Shown: in pieces, positions 18,204 through 27,432 of the stretch
How the letters are laid out: every line of letters starts with the position of its first letter
How positions within the stretch are numbered: position 1 is the stretch's first letter
Assembly: GCA_965225085.1 (NCBI GenBank)
Contig: CBDDBE010000002.1
Span: 95,185-159,184 of the forward strand
Origin: an uncultured Candidatus Saccharibacteria bacterium
Lineage (GTDB): Bacteria > Patescibacteriota > Saccharimonadia > Saccharimonadales > EFPC-124
Reading direction: 5' to 3'
DNA: 64,000 nt
The notes under the pieces: model-generated
The model's database searches: none
Seen by the model: only the letters and a program-made list of their open reading frames with translations
Told to the model about the DNA's origin: nothing
Made by a program: the position numbers and the translations under genes

Positions 18204-20138
18204 ATGCAGCGTATTACGAAATATTTTATATCCTTGGACGGACCGACAAAGCTTAGTCTCGGGGCATTGCTGGTGGGCCAAGCACTGTTTCTGGTTGGAT
18301 TTAGGCCGCTGTACGTTGTTGCTCTGTCGGGCTTGCTAGCGGTCGGCCTACCCTACCCCAGGGTAATGCAGAGCATCCTGGCGCGTGTGGTGGCTGGGGT
18401 GTTGCTGGGCATGAGTGTGCTGCAGGTTGCGGGAGCGTTGCAGTTTTTTGTGCTGCCTGGCGGTGACTTTGGTGCGCTGAGCGTCATTACAACGGTGATT
18501 GTCTTGGGGTTGGTGTATGCGCTCCGCTCGATACCGCGGCAGTCAATTGTCATGTTTGATCGAAAAGATTTGGGTGGCATTGTGACTGCGCTGTTTTTTG
18601 CCTTGCCCTTTGCGGTGTTGTGCTTTTGGGGGAACGATCTGGCGCACATTACTACATTTGCCAGCGTTCAGGGGTCAGACGGGGCCAATCATTACACCGC
18701 CATTGCCGAGATGAGCAAGGACCAGCACCTCAACTACCGCACAGTAGCCTATTACCCAAAGGGATTTCATCTGGCCAGCGCATTTGTGCTGCACGGGCTA
18801 TCTCTGAACCAGCCGGACCAAGATTGGGCGGGCAACGCGCGGGTATATGCAGGTCTGTATGTTGTGTGGGGCGTAGTCCTCGCCTATGTGGTGTTTTATG
18901 CGGCCGCGCAGATGGCCGAGACGTTTTCGCGCAGCAAGCGACCGCCATTACTGCTGCTGGCGTTGGCACTGGGCCCGCCACTGGCGCTGATGTATTTATG
19001 TATATTTGGGTTGGAGGGTTTCCTGAACTTTTATTACATTTGCGCGGCGGTGCTGTGCGGGGCGATGTTTTTGTACGATGCAGCGTTGGAACGGCGGGAT
19101 GGGCAATGGCCAGTCGTCGCTTCCCTCTTGCTATTTTTTGGTATCGCTATGAGCTGGGGGCCGCTGCTGACCCCTGCGTTACTCCTGATGCCGGCTTTGT
19201 ATCTCTGGCCGTTGCTGCCCGGGCGACCCAAGGCGCTGGCTAGATTGCTCGTGAGCCGCGAATGGCGTTGGATTACGCTGGTGTTTGTGTTGCAGCTGGT
19301 GCCGCTGTACTTGCACGTGCGCTACGCGCATCTCTCGTCCCAGCAGGGGCTAAATGCAACGGGTGGCATACGAGCGTTTCATTACGGTCCTTTCTTGGCA
19401 GGGTTAGCCATTATGGGGTACCTGCTTGTGGGGCGTTCTGTCGATGCAGCGTGGCGAAAGCTAGCTGGGAATGTGCTGCTGCCACTGAGTATTCTGGTCG
19501 GGGTGTTTGCTTGTATCCAATATATAAGCGTCGGCGAGCTCCGTTACTACGCGATCAAGACTTCATATTTGTTTGAAATTATCGCGTTAGTGGCGATTGC
19601 CGTCGTTGTCGCAGAAGCTTTGCAGCGCAGTCGGGCTACCGCGCTCCAAAGGTGGCTAGCGCTTCCGACGATTGTAGGGCTGGGCATGGTGATGCTGGCC
19701 GGAGTGAGCGCAAACCCATTTCAGCAAGCCCGCAGCATGTTTGGGCCGCTGGTGCATAGCGTGCGGCGCATCGATCCGGATGTGCTGCGCTACACTCAGC
19801 TGGGTTCTGCAGGAGTGCTGGCCACGAATGTTGTTGACATTCACGAAAATCCGGCACATACGCTATCTGGTAACGCACCACTGACTAACTGGGCTAACTT
19901 GATGCAATACGCCACCGATAGCCGGCCGGCTGACGGGCTATGTAGCGGTCGGATCTTTAGCCTCGAGACCAGCCCGCTTAGCAGCGGCAACGACCAGAAT
20001 CAGCAATTGACCGTCGCGGTTAAGGACTGCATTGCGGCGGCAAATGCCAGGCAGCGGCCATTTTATATTGTGACGGATGCCGGTTCGGCCCCCCAGCTCC
20101 GGGATATCTTCGGCTCACAGGCAACGTACGTTTATTGA
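18204..20138 (+). CDS. large polytopic membrane protein (>=12 TM; possibly GT-C-type glycosyltransferase/polymerase-like), GC-rich
   Basis: 644 aa, hydrophobic segments throughout; -10 TACTAT ~8 nt before ATG (leaderless-like); product assignment weak. Confidence 0.6.
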   Translation: MQRITKYFISLDGPTKLSLGALLVGQALFLVGFRPLYVVALSGLLAVGLPYPRVMQSILARVVAGVLLGMSVLQVAGALQFFVLPGGDFGALSVITTVIVLGLVYALRSIPRQSIVMFDRKDLGGIVTALFFALPFAVLCFWGNDLAHITTFASVQGSDGANHYTAIAEMSKDQHLNYRTVAYYPKGFHLASAFVLHGLSLNQPDQDWAGNARVYAGLYVVWGVVLAYVVFYAAAQMAETFSRSKRPPLLLLALALGPPLALMYLCIFGLEGFLNFYYICAAVLCGAMFLYDAALERRDGQWPVVASLLLFFGIAMSWGPLLTPALLLMPALYLWPLLPGRPKALARLLVSREWRWITLVFVLQLVPLYLHVRYAHLSSQQGLNATGGIRAFHYGPFLAGLAIMGYLLVGRSVDAAWRKLAGNVLLPLSILVGVFACIQYISVGELRYYAIKTSYLFEIIALVAIAVVVAEALQRSRATALQRWLALPTIVGLGMVMLAGVSANPFQQARSMFGPLVHSVRRIDPDVLRYTQLGSAGVLATNVVDIHENPAHTLSGNAPLTNWANLMQYATDSRPADGLCSGRIFSLETSPLSSGNDQNQQLTVAVKDCIAAANARQRPFYIVTDAGSAPQLRDIFGSQATYVY

Positions 20139-20154
20139 CGGGAAGAAATACAAA

Positions 20155-21207
20155 ATGAGCAACGCAGATTTTCAGACGATTATGAAACGAGCGACGGTAG
20201 CTATCGAGGCAGAGATGCCGGCCGTCGAGAGGTATATCGCTTCGTCATTCCCCAGTGGCCATCCTCTGCGCCAGGAGGCTGTACGGTTTGTATTAAACGG
20301 CGGCAAGCGTTTTCGACCGGCACTTTCGTATTTGGTGGCGGAGGCATATGGCCAGCGGGATGCGCGGGTACATCTGGCGCTCGAGACATTTCACAAGTAT
20401 CTACTGGCGCATGATGATGTCATTGATCGTGACGTGTTGCGAAATGGATCACCGACGGTCCATGCCAAGCTAGCGCAGCTGCGTGGCGATGCTAGCGACG
20501 CTGTGCATTTTGGTAACTCCCTGGCGATAATTGCGGGGAACCTCATGGAGGCCGCGACACAGCGGATTATTCTGGAAACAAAACTGCCCGCTAAGACGAC
20601 TCGGTCGTTGCAGCTGCTTATTAACCAAGCCGTGAATGAAGTGACGTGGGGCTGGTGCGATCAATTCATGATGGATTACGAGCCGCTCGACAGTCCCGGG
20701 CTCACGCAGGAGCGTATCGAAGAGTCGTTGATATGGGTGACGGGGCGGTACAGCATCAAGCTGCCGCTGTATTTTGGCCTTACCGTGGCAGGCCAGCCCG
20801 TGCCGGATGGCCTAGAGAAGTTTGCTGACACCGCGGGGCTACTTTATCAGACGGGCGATGACGTCATCGGTATCTTTGGCGACCAGCAGAAGACCGGCAA
20901 ATCGAATGCTGGCGATCTGCTGCAGGCCAAGAAGACGCTGCCGCTATGGTTTGCATACCAGTCTGCAAATAGCGACGATAAGGCGCGACTCATGAGCATC
21001 GTCGGCAACCCGGCTGCGACTGTCGGCATGCTGGCCGAAGCTCGCGAGATTATTCGCGCGGCTGGCCTGCCCCGGGCATTACAACGTATGGATACTTGGC
21101 AGAAGGAAGCAAAAAAACAACTCCAAGCGGTAAGCGCATCGCTGCCCGGCGAGTTAATAGAATTTTTGGATGGCTTTATCGATTTCTTGGGAGCTCGGGA
21201 TTTCTAG
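20155..21207 (+). CDS. trans-polyprenyl diphosphate synthase (isoprenyl diphosphate synthase family)
   Basis: ORF 20077..21207, ATG 20155; 'LLAHDDVIDRD' and 'YQTGDDVIGIFGD' = two DDxxD motifs. Confidence 0.85.
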   Translation: MSNADFQTIMKRATVAIEAEMPAVERYIASSFPSGHPLRQEAVRFVLNGGKRFRPALSYLVAEAYGQRDARVHLALETFHKYLLAHDDVIDRDVLRNGSPTVHAKLAQLRGDASDAVHFGNSLAIIAGNLMEAATQRIILETKLPAKTTRSLQLLINQAVNEVTWGWCDQFMMDYEPLDSPGLTQERIEESLIWVTGRYSIKLPLYFGLTVAGQPVPDGLEKFADTAGLLYQTGDDVIGIFGDQQKTGKSNAGDLLQAKKTLPLWFAYQSANSDDKARLMSIVGNPAATVGMLAEAREIIRAAGLPRALQRMDTWQKEAKKQLQAVSASLPGELIEFLDGFIDFLGARDF

Positions 21208-21587
21208 CTAATATCATCTTGGCTGCTGTTCAGCCACACAATCGCCTCGGTCTCATTATCGAAGCCGCGGAACGCTGATTTGTTGAGGTTCAGCGTAGAG
21301 AGCGATCCGAAAAATATTTCGCTGAGTTCGTTCTGTTTGACGACAACTGCAACCTTGGAGAATTGACGCAACTTCCACAAGATCGAAACGCCTTTCAGCT
21401 GAACTGGCAGGCTTACTGCCGCATTGACTTCTTGAATGTTGTCCAGCAGCTTATTGACGCCCGTTTCGTGGCTTAGCGCTAGCGCGGCCTCAGCTGGTTC
21501 CTCTAGCCCTTCTACCTCAAGATCACCCCAGGTTTTGAGATAAATATAGTCTGTGCGATTTTCGACGGTGAATTGTTTTTCAGCCAT
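21204..21587 (-). CDS. hypothetical protein (possible STAS-like fold)
   Basis: ORF track; weak similarity pattern only. Confidence 0.4.
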   Translation of the reverse strand: MAEKQFTVENRTDYIYLKTWGDLEVEGLEEPAEAALALSHETGVNKLLDNIQEVNAAVSLPVQLKGVSILWKLRQFSKVAVVVKQNELSEIFFGSLSTLNLNKSAFRGFDNETEAIVWLNSSQDDIS

Positions 21588-21657
21588 GATTAACTCGCTT
21601 ATTTTCTAATGGCAGTATAGCAACGGTTATCGAGCGTCGCAATGCTACAATGAGCCT

Positions 21658-22818
21658 ATGCAGACAAATGCCCTCACCTATCTCCTTCAGGAAACTTGGA
21701 AAAGCCCTATCTTTGGCGATTCATTTCATGTCGATGCTTCCCTGCTCAGCAGTACTGTCATGCAGGACTTCAAGGCCCTGGCCACTGGATTCTCTGAGGA
21801 TCTGTACGGGTATATTCGCCCTGCCCTAGCCGATTTGCGCGACGACCAAGTTCGCGAGATAGTCGCCCAGATAGTTCCCAAGACGGTGAGCTTCTGCCCG
21901 GCCCTGGCCGCTGGCGAACTGGATGATTTGCCGCGCCTGCAGGCCGTATCAGTGGCAATCGGGCTGATGTATTGGGCCGATCAGACTATGGACCGCGGTG
22001 ACGTGACGATGCCTCTGGCTATCCGGTTACTGGGGCATGAGGCTCCCACTATCGCCGCAGAAACGCAGAAGCTGGTCGACCCGCAGCTGACTGCTCTACA
22101 AGGGATTTCCAAGGAAGTGTCGGTATTTGCCAGGCCTGAGGATACTGCGCTGGTGCTGGACTGTTTTGACCAGCAAGTCCTGATGAACGAAGTGCGCCTG
22201 GATGATCTGAGCCGCGAGTTCCAAGACGTGAACGACCAGGCTGCTTTTCTGGAGACCCACGCAGTCGATATAGCCCGGTTCATGGTTATCGATGCTGGCT
22301 TCCCAAGCGTGTCGTCGTCGCTATATGCCATCTATCGCCAGCACGATCGCCAGCTCCCACCTTTGTCGGAAGTGTATGATACGCCCGAGCTGGCAAAATT
22401 ACTTCGGATATGTAACGCTGTCGTGCGCGTGGCCGACGAGTTGGGCGATTGGGAAATCGACGCCGGTAAGCATCCTGAATGGGGCGATTTTAGGATTAAT
22501 CTGTTCAACCAAGCACACCCGGCGCTCATCGAAGCATTTCTGACTGAAGCGTGCGTAGAGGAGGCTGGTGCGGTTGCGCAGCTCACCCACGCTTTCGAGC
22601 ATTTTCATGACGACGCCGCGGCGCGCGCAAAATATGGCGATGCCATTCTGGATGTTTTCTTCGACCATGCCCGGACGGCCGTCACCGCTCTCCCCGCGCC
22701 CATTCAGGAGCGCCATGCGCGCTATATAACGCTCTGCAAGAGGGTTCTAGAGATTGGATACGTTAACCGCATGGGTGACATGGTTTTGGCGCAGGGAGAG
22801 GCTGAGAGCGGCCAGTAG
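21658..22818 (+). CDS. hypothetical alpha-helical protein, possible terpene-synthase-like (very tentative)
   Basis: 386 aa; 'YWADQTMDRGD' and 'NAVVRVADELGDWE' loosely resemble Asp-rich/NSE motifs; adjacent to polyprenyl synthase. Confidence 0.5.
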   Translation: MQTNALTYLLQETWKSPIFGDSFHVDASLLSSTVMQDFKALATGFSEDLYGYIRPALADLRDDQVREIVAQIVPKTVSFCPALAAGELDDLPRLQAVSVAIGLMYWADQTMDRGDVTMPLAIRLLGHEAPTIAAETQKLVDPQLTALQGISKEVSVFARPEDTALVLDCFDQQVLMNEVRLDDLSREFQDVNDQAAFLETHAVDIARFMVIDAGFPSVSSSLYAIYRQHDRQLPPLSEVYDTPELAKLLRICNAVVRVADELGDWEIDAGKHPEWGDFRINLFNQAHPALIEAFLTEACVEEAGAVAQLTHAFEHFHDDAAARAKYGDAILDVFFDHARTAVTALPAPIQERHARYITLCKRVLEIGYVNRMGDMVLAQGEAESGQ

Positions 22819-22852
22819 GTTTTCGTGGTGGCCTGAGCGACCGATAATCAAA

Positions 22853-22887
22853 ATGCCCGTCGGAATGACGGGCATTTTTGCGTTTTT
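22853..22887. terminator. bidirectional intrinsic terminator
   Basis: ATGCCCGTC-ggaatg-ACGGGCAT-TTTTGCGTTTTT, A-run upstream. Confidence 0.85.
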
Positions 22888-22894
22888 GACTATT

Positions 22895-23050
22895 CTATTC
22901 CAACCAGTACTTCCAGATCGCCATCAGGAGGAAGGCGAATGAAAGTGCCGTGAACACAATGACCATAAAGCTATCGTAGGTGCTTTGCCGGGTGGCAGCC
23001 GCAGATGGTTTCTTGCGGCTGCGCGTGGCCGGACTTTTTTTCGTTGCCAT
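22895..23050 (-). CDS. 51-aa basic N-terminus + single-TM small protein, last gene of pilus operon
   Basis: My translation MATKKSPATRSRKKPSAAATRQSTYDSFMVIVFTALSFAFLLMAIWKYWLE; below ORF-track cutoff; 13 nt after pilin stop. Confidence 0.35.
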   Translation of the reverse strand: MATKKSPATRSRKKPSAAATRQSTYDSFMVIVFTALSFAFLLMAIWKYWLE

Positions 23051-23062
23051 CGGGTGGCCAGC

Positions 23063-23533
23063 TTATTTCGTTACGGAGATAGTCTTACCTTGTTCGGCAA
23101 ACGGTGCAGATACCACGAGGCGTCCGTTGACGTCTTTGTTGATCTTGTAGCCAACACCGTTCGTGGCGCAGACTGTGCTACACTGTGGGTCCTTTGGTAT
23201 CGATACGACGTATTTACCGCTAGTGGTAAGTGCAGTAAGGTCGATAAGACCTGTGCATGATGCCGCACCAGTTGCACATACTTCAGTAGTCGTCGTGGTG
23301 ATGCTTCCTGGCAGCGCGCCGTTGTTATCGAGCGCGTATTGGTATACGCCGTTGATGATCGTGTTTACGTCGGCCGAACGCTGTGAGTTACGCGCATCAC
23401 CGAGGTTCTTGCCTGGGTTGATTGCAATAATAACAATACCCGCAAGGATAGCGATAATTGCGACCACCAGCAAGACTTCTAGCAGTGTGAATCCTGCCTG
23501 AGTTTGCTTCTTTATTGATGTGAGACTTAGCAT
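23063..23533 (-). CDS. pilA: type IV major pilin (prepilin, class III signal peptide)
   Basis: ORF 23063..23587; ATG 23533 with AAAGGG RBS; '[27 protein letters not shown]'. Confidence 0.9.
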   Translation of the reverse strand: MLSLTSIKKQTQAGFTLLEVLLVVAIIAILAGIVIIAINPGKNLGDARNSQRSADVNTIINGVYQYALDNNGALPGSITTTTTEVCATGAASCTGLIDLTALTTSGKYVVSIPKDPQCSTVCATNGVGYKINKDVNGRLVVSAPFAEQGKTISVTK

Positions 23534-23568
23534 AAGATCCCGCCCTTTCTTAGTGCTGTTTAAACTTT

Positions 23569-23970
23569 TTAGCTTACTTCCTGCCAAGAAGTAATGCTTA
23601 TGCTTGACGATCCAATTGTAACATAGATCTGGAGTTTTTTGACAACGTTTCCGACCGTTCCAGCGGTCGTAATAGTGCGTGTAGAGGCGCCGGTGTTGGT
23701 GACGGTATATGTGCAGCTCCCCTGCCCCAACACCACCGAGTTAGTCCCGGTGAATGCCGTGGCGTCATGAATTTGCTGCAGAGCCTCTTCACCACAGGCC
23801 GTGGCTAGCCCCCGCGCTTGCCGCGCTTGCTGCTCGATGAGGCTGCTGCGTTGTGCGTCGGCGCCAACAGACAGCATAACTAGGCTTATTGCCGTAGCGG
23901 CCGCGCTGACGATCAACACGACAAGCAAAGCGATATAGCCGGACTGCGATGAACGCTGAGTATCTACCAT
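23569..23970 (-). CDS. minor pilin/pseudopilin (PilX-like)
   Basis: '[24 protein letters not shown]' hydrophobic N-term. Confidence 0.6.
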   Translation of the reverse strand: MVDTQRSSQSGYIALLVVLIVSAAATAISLVMLSVGADAQRSSLIEQQARQARGLATACGEEALQQIHDATAFTGTNSVVLGQGSCTYTVTNTGASTRTITTAGTVGNVVKKLQIYVTIGSSSISITSWQEVS

Positions 23971-24494
23971 CCTACCTCCGCCGAGCTGGTAAATGTGCGC
24001 TGATAGTCGTATTCGTTGCGACTGTTTGGATTGGTCCGTCCCATAGTGAAGCTAACTTGTACAATGCCGCCCGTGCCCGACCTGGTCAAGTTTGTGAACG
24101 TTAAACTCGATATTTGTACATCAGCACTCGTAAGCGCGACTGCAGCTGCGGCGCCCTCGGTCACCTGTAGGGTTGTACCGCTCAGGTTGAAGACGGTTGG
24201 ACTCAGGCTGCCGGTCGGCACCACAAGTGTAAGCGAACTGGCGCTCGCCGCAGCCGCAGGCGCCGTGATGGATGTGGCGTTGCGGATGGTCCTCAGCATG
24301 TAGTCCATGACGGCGGTACCTTGGTCGTTTACTTCCAGGATGCTCTGGGCTTTCACCCGAGCATCCACGGCTGCACCAAAAAAGTACGTGACCGAGCTAA
24401 GCACCATGCTCACGATGACCGCGTACAGCAGAAGCTCGATGAGAGTATAGCCGGTTTGATTTGTGCGTAGCTTCTTCATATTAGTTTGGCGCAA
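23964..24494 (-). CDS. minor pilin with prepilin N-methylation motif
   Basis: 'QTGYTLIELLLYAVIVSMVL'. Confidence 0.7.
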   Translation of the reverse strand: MRQTNMKKLRTNQTGYTLIELLLYAVIVSMVLSSVTYFFGAAVDARVKAQSILEVNDQGTAVMDYMLRTIRNATSITAPAAAASASSLTLVVPTGSLSPTVFNLSGTTLQVTEGAAAAVALTSADVQISSLTFTNLTRSGTGGIVQVSFTMGRTNPNSRNEYDYQRTFTSSAEVGW

Positions 24495-25911
24495 ATGTTA
24501 TTTCCTGCAACGTGGTCGAGGCGCTTGCGGTCACGGCGATATCGTATGTGCTGCTGTAGGCTACGCCAGTTATCGAACTGGTGGTACCGGTGACGTCGAG
24601 CGTTTTGGCCAAAGTCATGGATGCGGGCGTGCCGATGTTGACTACCTGGAACTCACCGGTCGTGCTGGCGGTCCCTACCAGGGCGTATTGGTGGGTAGCA
24701 TCGGTGTCAATGTCGTTGATAGTGCCCGCGGCCGTGAACGTACCCAATCGTACTGGTGCAGTGGGCGTAGTGATATTGATGGCATCTAGGGTGGTGCTCA
24801 TGCCCAGTAGTACGGTATTGCCGTAACCCGTGATTGATAGCGCCGTTAGGGTTGTGGCCGGATTGTAGGTCGCTGCCAGTGCTGGTGCCGTCGGCGTCGT
24901 GACGTTGATGACTAGCATTTCCTGGGACGTTGACGTGGTGGCCACATAGGCGAAGTTGCCGCTAGCGTATATCTCGCTCATGGCGATGTTGTTATTGTAA
25001 CCACCAACGATGGTGGCTGATGCGGGCGTTGTAACGTCAACTACATTGAACTCATTGGCCCCTGTGGTTGAGTCGTTGCCTCGTATGAGGTAGGCGTAGT
25101 TACCATTGATCGTAACAGCCCTTGAGGTGCTAGTCCCGGCCGAATAGGTCAACGTCTTTACGAGCGTTGGGTTGGTGGGCGTTGTAATATCGATAACTTG
25201 TAGTGCGGCCGACGTTGAACTGGTCGTGACATAGGCATAGTTACCGCTTACGGCTACGTAGGTCGGCGTGTTGGCGAAGCTTTTTGTGGCGACGACTGCC
25301 GGCGCGCTTGGTGTCGAGATGTCGATGACGATGAAGTTGTTGCTGCCCGATATGCTGCGCACCATGTATGCATACTTACCCTGGACGGCGATCCTTAGCC
25401 CGCCCGTCGCGCCAGTGGCTGCGGTGCTGCCAACCTGGATGGCATTTGCCCACGACTTGATGGCTGCCGCCCAGTTCATAAGCTGACTGATCACCGTGAC
25501 GCTGCCGGTAGTGCTGCCGGCCTGTGGCCAGGTCACGGTGCTGGTGATGGTTTTGCGATTGGCGGCCGCTGTCGCTACACTAACCTGGCGGGTATAGATC
25601 CCGTTAACGTCGGATGACCCTGAAAACGCCCACGTACCACCGCTCTTTGAGAGCCCGTATGTTGAATCGACTAGGTTGGTATAGGCCGCCCCACCGATGT
25701 TGCGTGCCGCGTCAATACCTTCGTCGGCTAACATCATAGCCAGTTGTCGGTCGTTAGCATTGTCGGCCGAAGCGCGCCCGTATATCAATGCCCCACCAAG
25801 CCCGGCGACGATCACCCCGAACACAGCCACGGCTAGAAGAACCTCGGCAAGCGAAAAGCCAGCAACCCTTTGGTCTGACCGGCGATTAATAATCGACCAT
25901 ACCCTTGGCAT
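24481..25911 (-). CDS. large minor pilin/pilus-associated protein: prepilin N-terminus + LVIVD-repeat beta-propeller
   Basis: 'AGFSLAEVLLAVAVFGVIVAG'; five repeats of 'GNYAYVTT...LQVIDITTPxxP'. Confidence 0.7.
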   Translation of the reverse strand: MPRVWSIINRRSDQRVAGFSLAEVLLAVAVFGVIVAGLGGALIYGRASADNANDRQLAMMLADEGIDAARNIGGAAYTNLVDSTYGLSKSGGTWAFSGSSDVNGIYTRQVSVATAAANRKTITSTVTWPQAGSTTGSVTVISQLMNWAAAIKSWANAIQVGSTAATGATGGLRIAVQGKYAYMVRSISGSNNFIVIDISTPSAPAVVATKSFANTPTYVAVSGNYAYVTTSSTSAALQVIDITTPTNPTLVKTLTYSAGTSTSRAVTINGNYAYLIRGNDSTTGANEFNVVDVTTPASATIVGGYNNNIAMSEIYASGNFAYVATTSTSQEMLVINVTTPTAPALAATYNPATTLTALSITGYGNTVLLGMSTTLDAINITTPTAPVRLGTFTAAGTINDIDTDATHQYALVGTASTTGEFQVVNIGTPASMTLAKTLDVTGTTSSITGVAYSSTYDIAVTASASTTLQEITFAPN

Positions 25912-26323
25912 TGACGGTCACCGTCCTGGTTGAATTAGTTGTGCTCGTTAGAGTGATGCTGCCTGTTGTGTTCGGCGAGGCACTGAATTTAGCAAATTGT
26001 ATTTCGCTCAGGCCGCTTGGCGTGACCGATGCTGGAATAGTCACGCTCTCGTCATAGGCGGTGTTGCGCGTGGCATAGCTGGTCCCCTGGAAAAGCGTAA
26101 TGGTCGTGGATGTAATTTCGACGCTCCAGGCGTTATCGTAGGCAACCGCCCGCGCATATGTTTCGGCTCGTCGTATAACGCTGGCCAGCTGTTGGGCGAT
26201 CAGATCAAGGTCGTTGCGGCGTACGAACGATTCGTACACCGGTACAGACATGCCGACGAGCATGCTGATGATAGCCACCGATAGCAACATTTCCAGCAGC
26301 GTGAATCCCGCCGTTTTGTTCAT
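25886..26323 (-). CDS. pseudopilin (GspH/PilE-like)
   Basis: 'TAGFTLLEMLLSVAIISMLVG'. Confidence 0.8.
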   Translation of the reverse strand: MNKTAGFTLLEMLLSVAIISMLVGMSVPVYESFVRRNDLDLIAQQLASVIRRAETYARAVAYDNAWSVEITSTTITLFQGTSYATRNTAYDESVTIPASVTPSGLSEIQFAKFSASPNTTGSITLTSTTNSTRTVTVNAKGMVDY

Positions 26324-27432
26324 TTGTTTAGCCCCCCGACCAGACTGTAGATTGGCAGGATGACGGCGACGGCTACGAGTAGGACGCCCGCTGCGACGAA
26401 CAGCAGCAAGAACGGCTCGAGGATTGCCTCGAGGTTTTCGGTCGTGGCGTCAGCCTTTTGCTCATACGTTCGGCCGATGGTCATCAGCACGGTCGAGAGC
26501 GAACCTGAACGCTCACCCGAAATAATCATTTGCTGCACGGCTGGTTCTAGTAACTTCTTGCTACTGCGATAGCTGGCTAAGCTCTCCTTGAAGCTGTAGC
26601 CATCGTCCAGGTTTTTGCCTAACTGCCGATAAAGCTCCTGGTATGGGATTGAGCTACTGGCCGCTACCAGCAGGCCAATTGCTTGCGTTATGGGCAGCCC
26701 AACTTCTAGCAGCGTGCCAAACAGATACCCAAACTGTGCGACCTCTATCTCGCGCATCAATCGGCCGATGCCGGGCAATGCGAACAGGATGCGCTGGCCA
26801 ATCCATTTGGTGCGCGGAAAAGCGAACAGAATATATCCAAGCAGGATACAAAAGGCGATAAATCCAGGCACAGCTACGATGCCGTACTGTTTTAGGAAGA
26901 TGCCAAACTGGATTACTACCTGCGAGAGGGGCGGCAGTTTGGCATTGAGCTGCGAAAACGTGTCGCTCAGCCGTGGCAGCAAAAACCACGCCACGCTGAG
27001 CCCTACAACCAGCGTCAGGCCAAGAACGAATGTCGGATAGATCAGGGCCGAGCGCAGTTTCGATCGGAACATGTGGCGCTTCTCTTCCTGTTGGGCGGCC
27101 AGCTCCAGGTTATCAATCAAGCGTCCGGACTGCTCGCCTAGCTGTACGAGCGCCAGTGTTTGTCCGCTGACGATTCCGGATCGTTTCAGCGCGTTAGCGA
27201 GCGAAAAACCCGCTTCGATGTCGGCCTGCATGGCAGCGAGGCGTTGCTTCATAGCTCGGCTGCGGGTAGTGGCCGTCAGGGCGTCAAGTGCTTGGCCGAT
27301 TGACACGCCGGATTTTAGGAGGAGCGCCAGATTCTGGCTGAAGTATTCACGCTCTTTGAACGCAATGTGACCAAACCGTTGTTTTTTGGCTGGTTTTTTT
27401 GGTGCAGGTGTTTTCTCGGCTTTTTTAGGCAT
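26320..27432 (-). CDS. pilC: type IV pilus platform protein PilC (GspF family)
   Basis: 370 aa, two GspF repeats, 3 TM. Confidence 0.9.
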   Translation of the reverse strand: MPKKAEKTPAPKKPAKKQRFGHIAFKEREYFSQNLALLLKSGVSIGQALDALTATTRSRAMKQRLAAMQADIEAGFSLANALKRSGIVSGQTLALVQLGEQSGRLIDNLELAAQQEEKRHMFRSKLRSALIYPTFVLGLTLVVGLSVAWFLLPRLSDTFSQLNAKLPPLSQVVIQFGIFLKQYGIVAVPGFIAFCILLGYILFAFPRTKWIGQRILFALPGIGRLMREIEVAQFGYLFGTLLEVGLPITQAIGLLVAASSSIPYQELYRQLGKNLDDGYSFKESLASYRSSKKLLEPAVQQMIISGERSGSLSTVLMTIGRTYEQKADATTENLEAILEPFLLLFVAAGVLLVAVAVILPIYSLVGGLNK

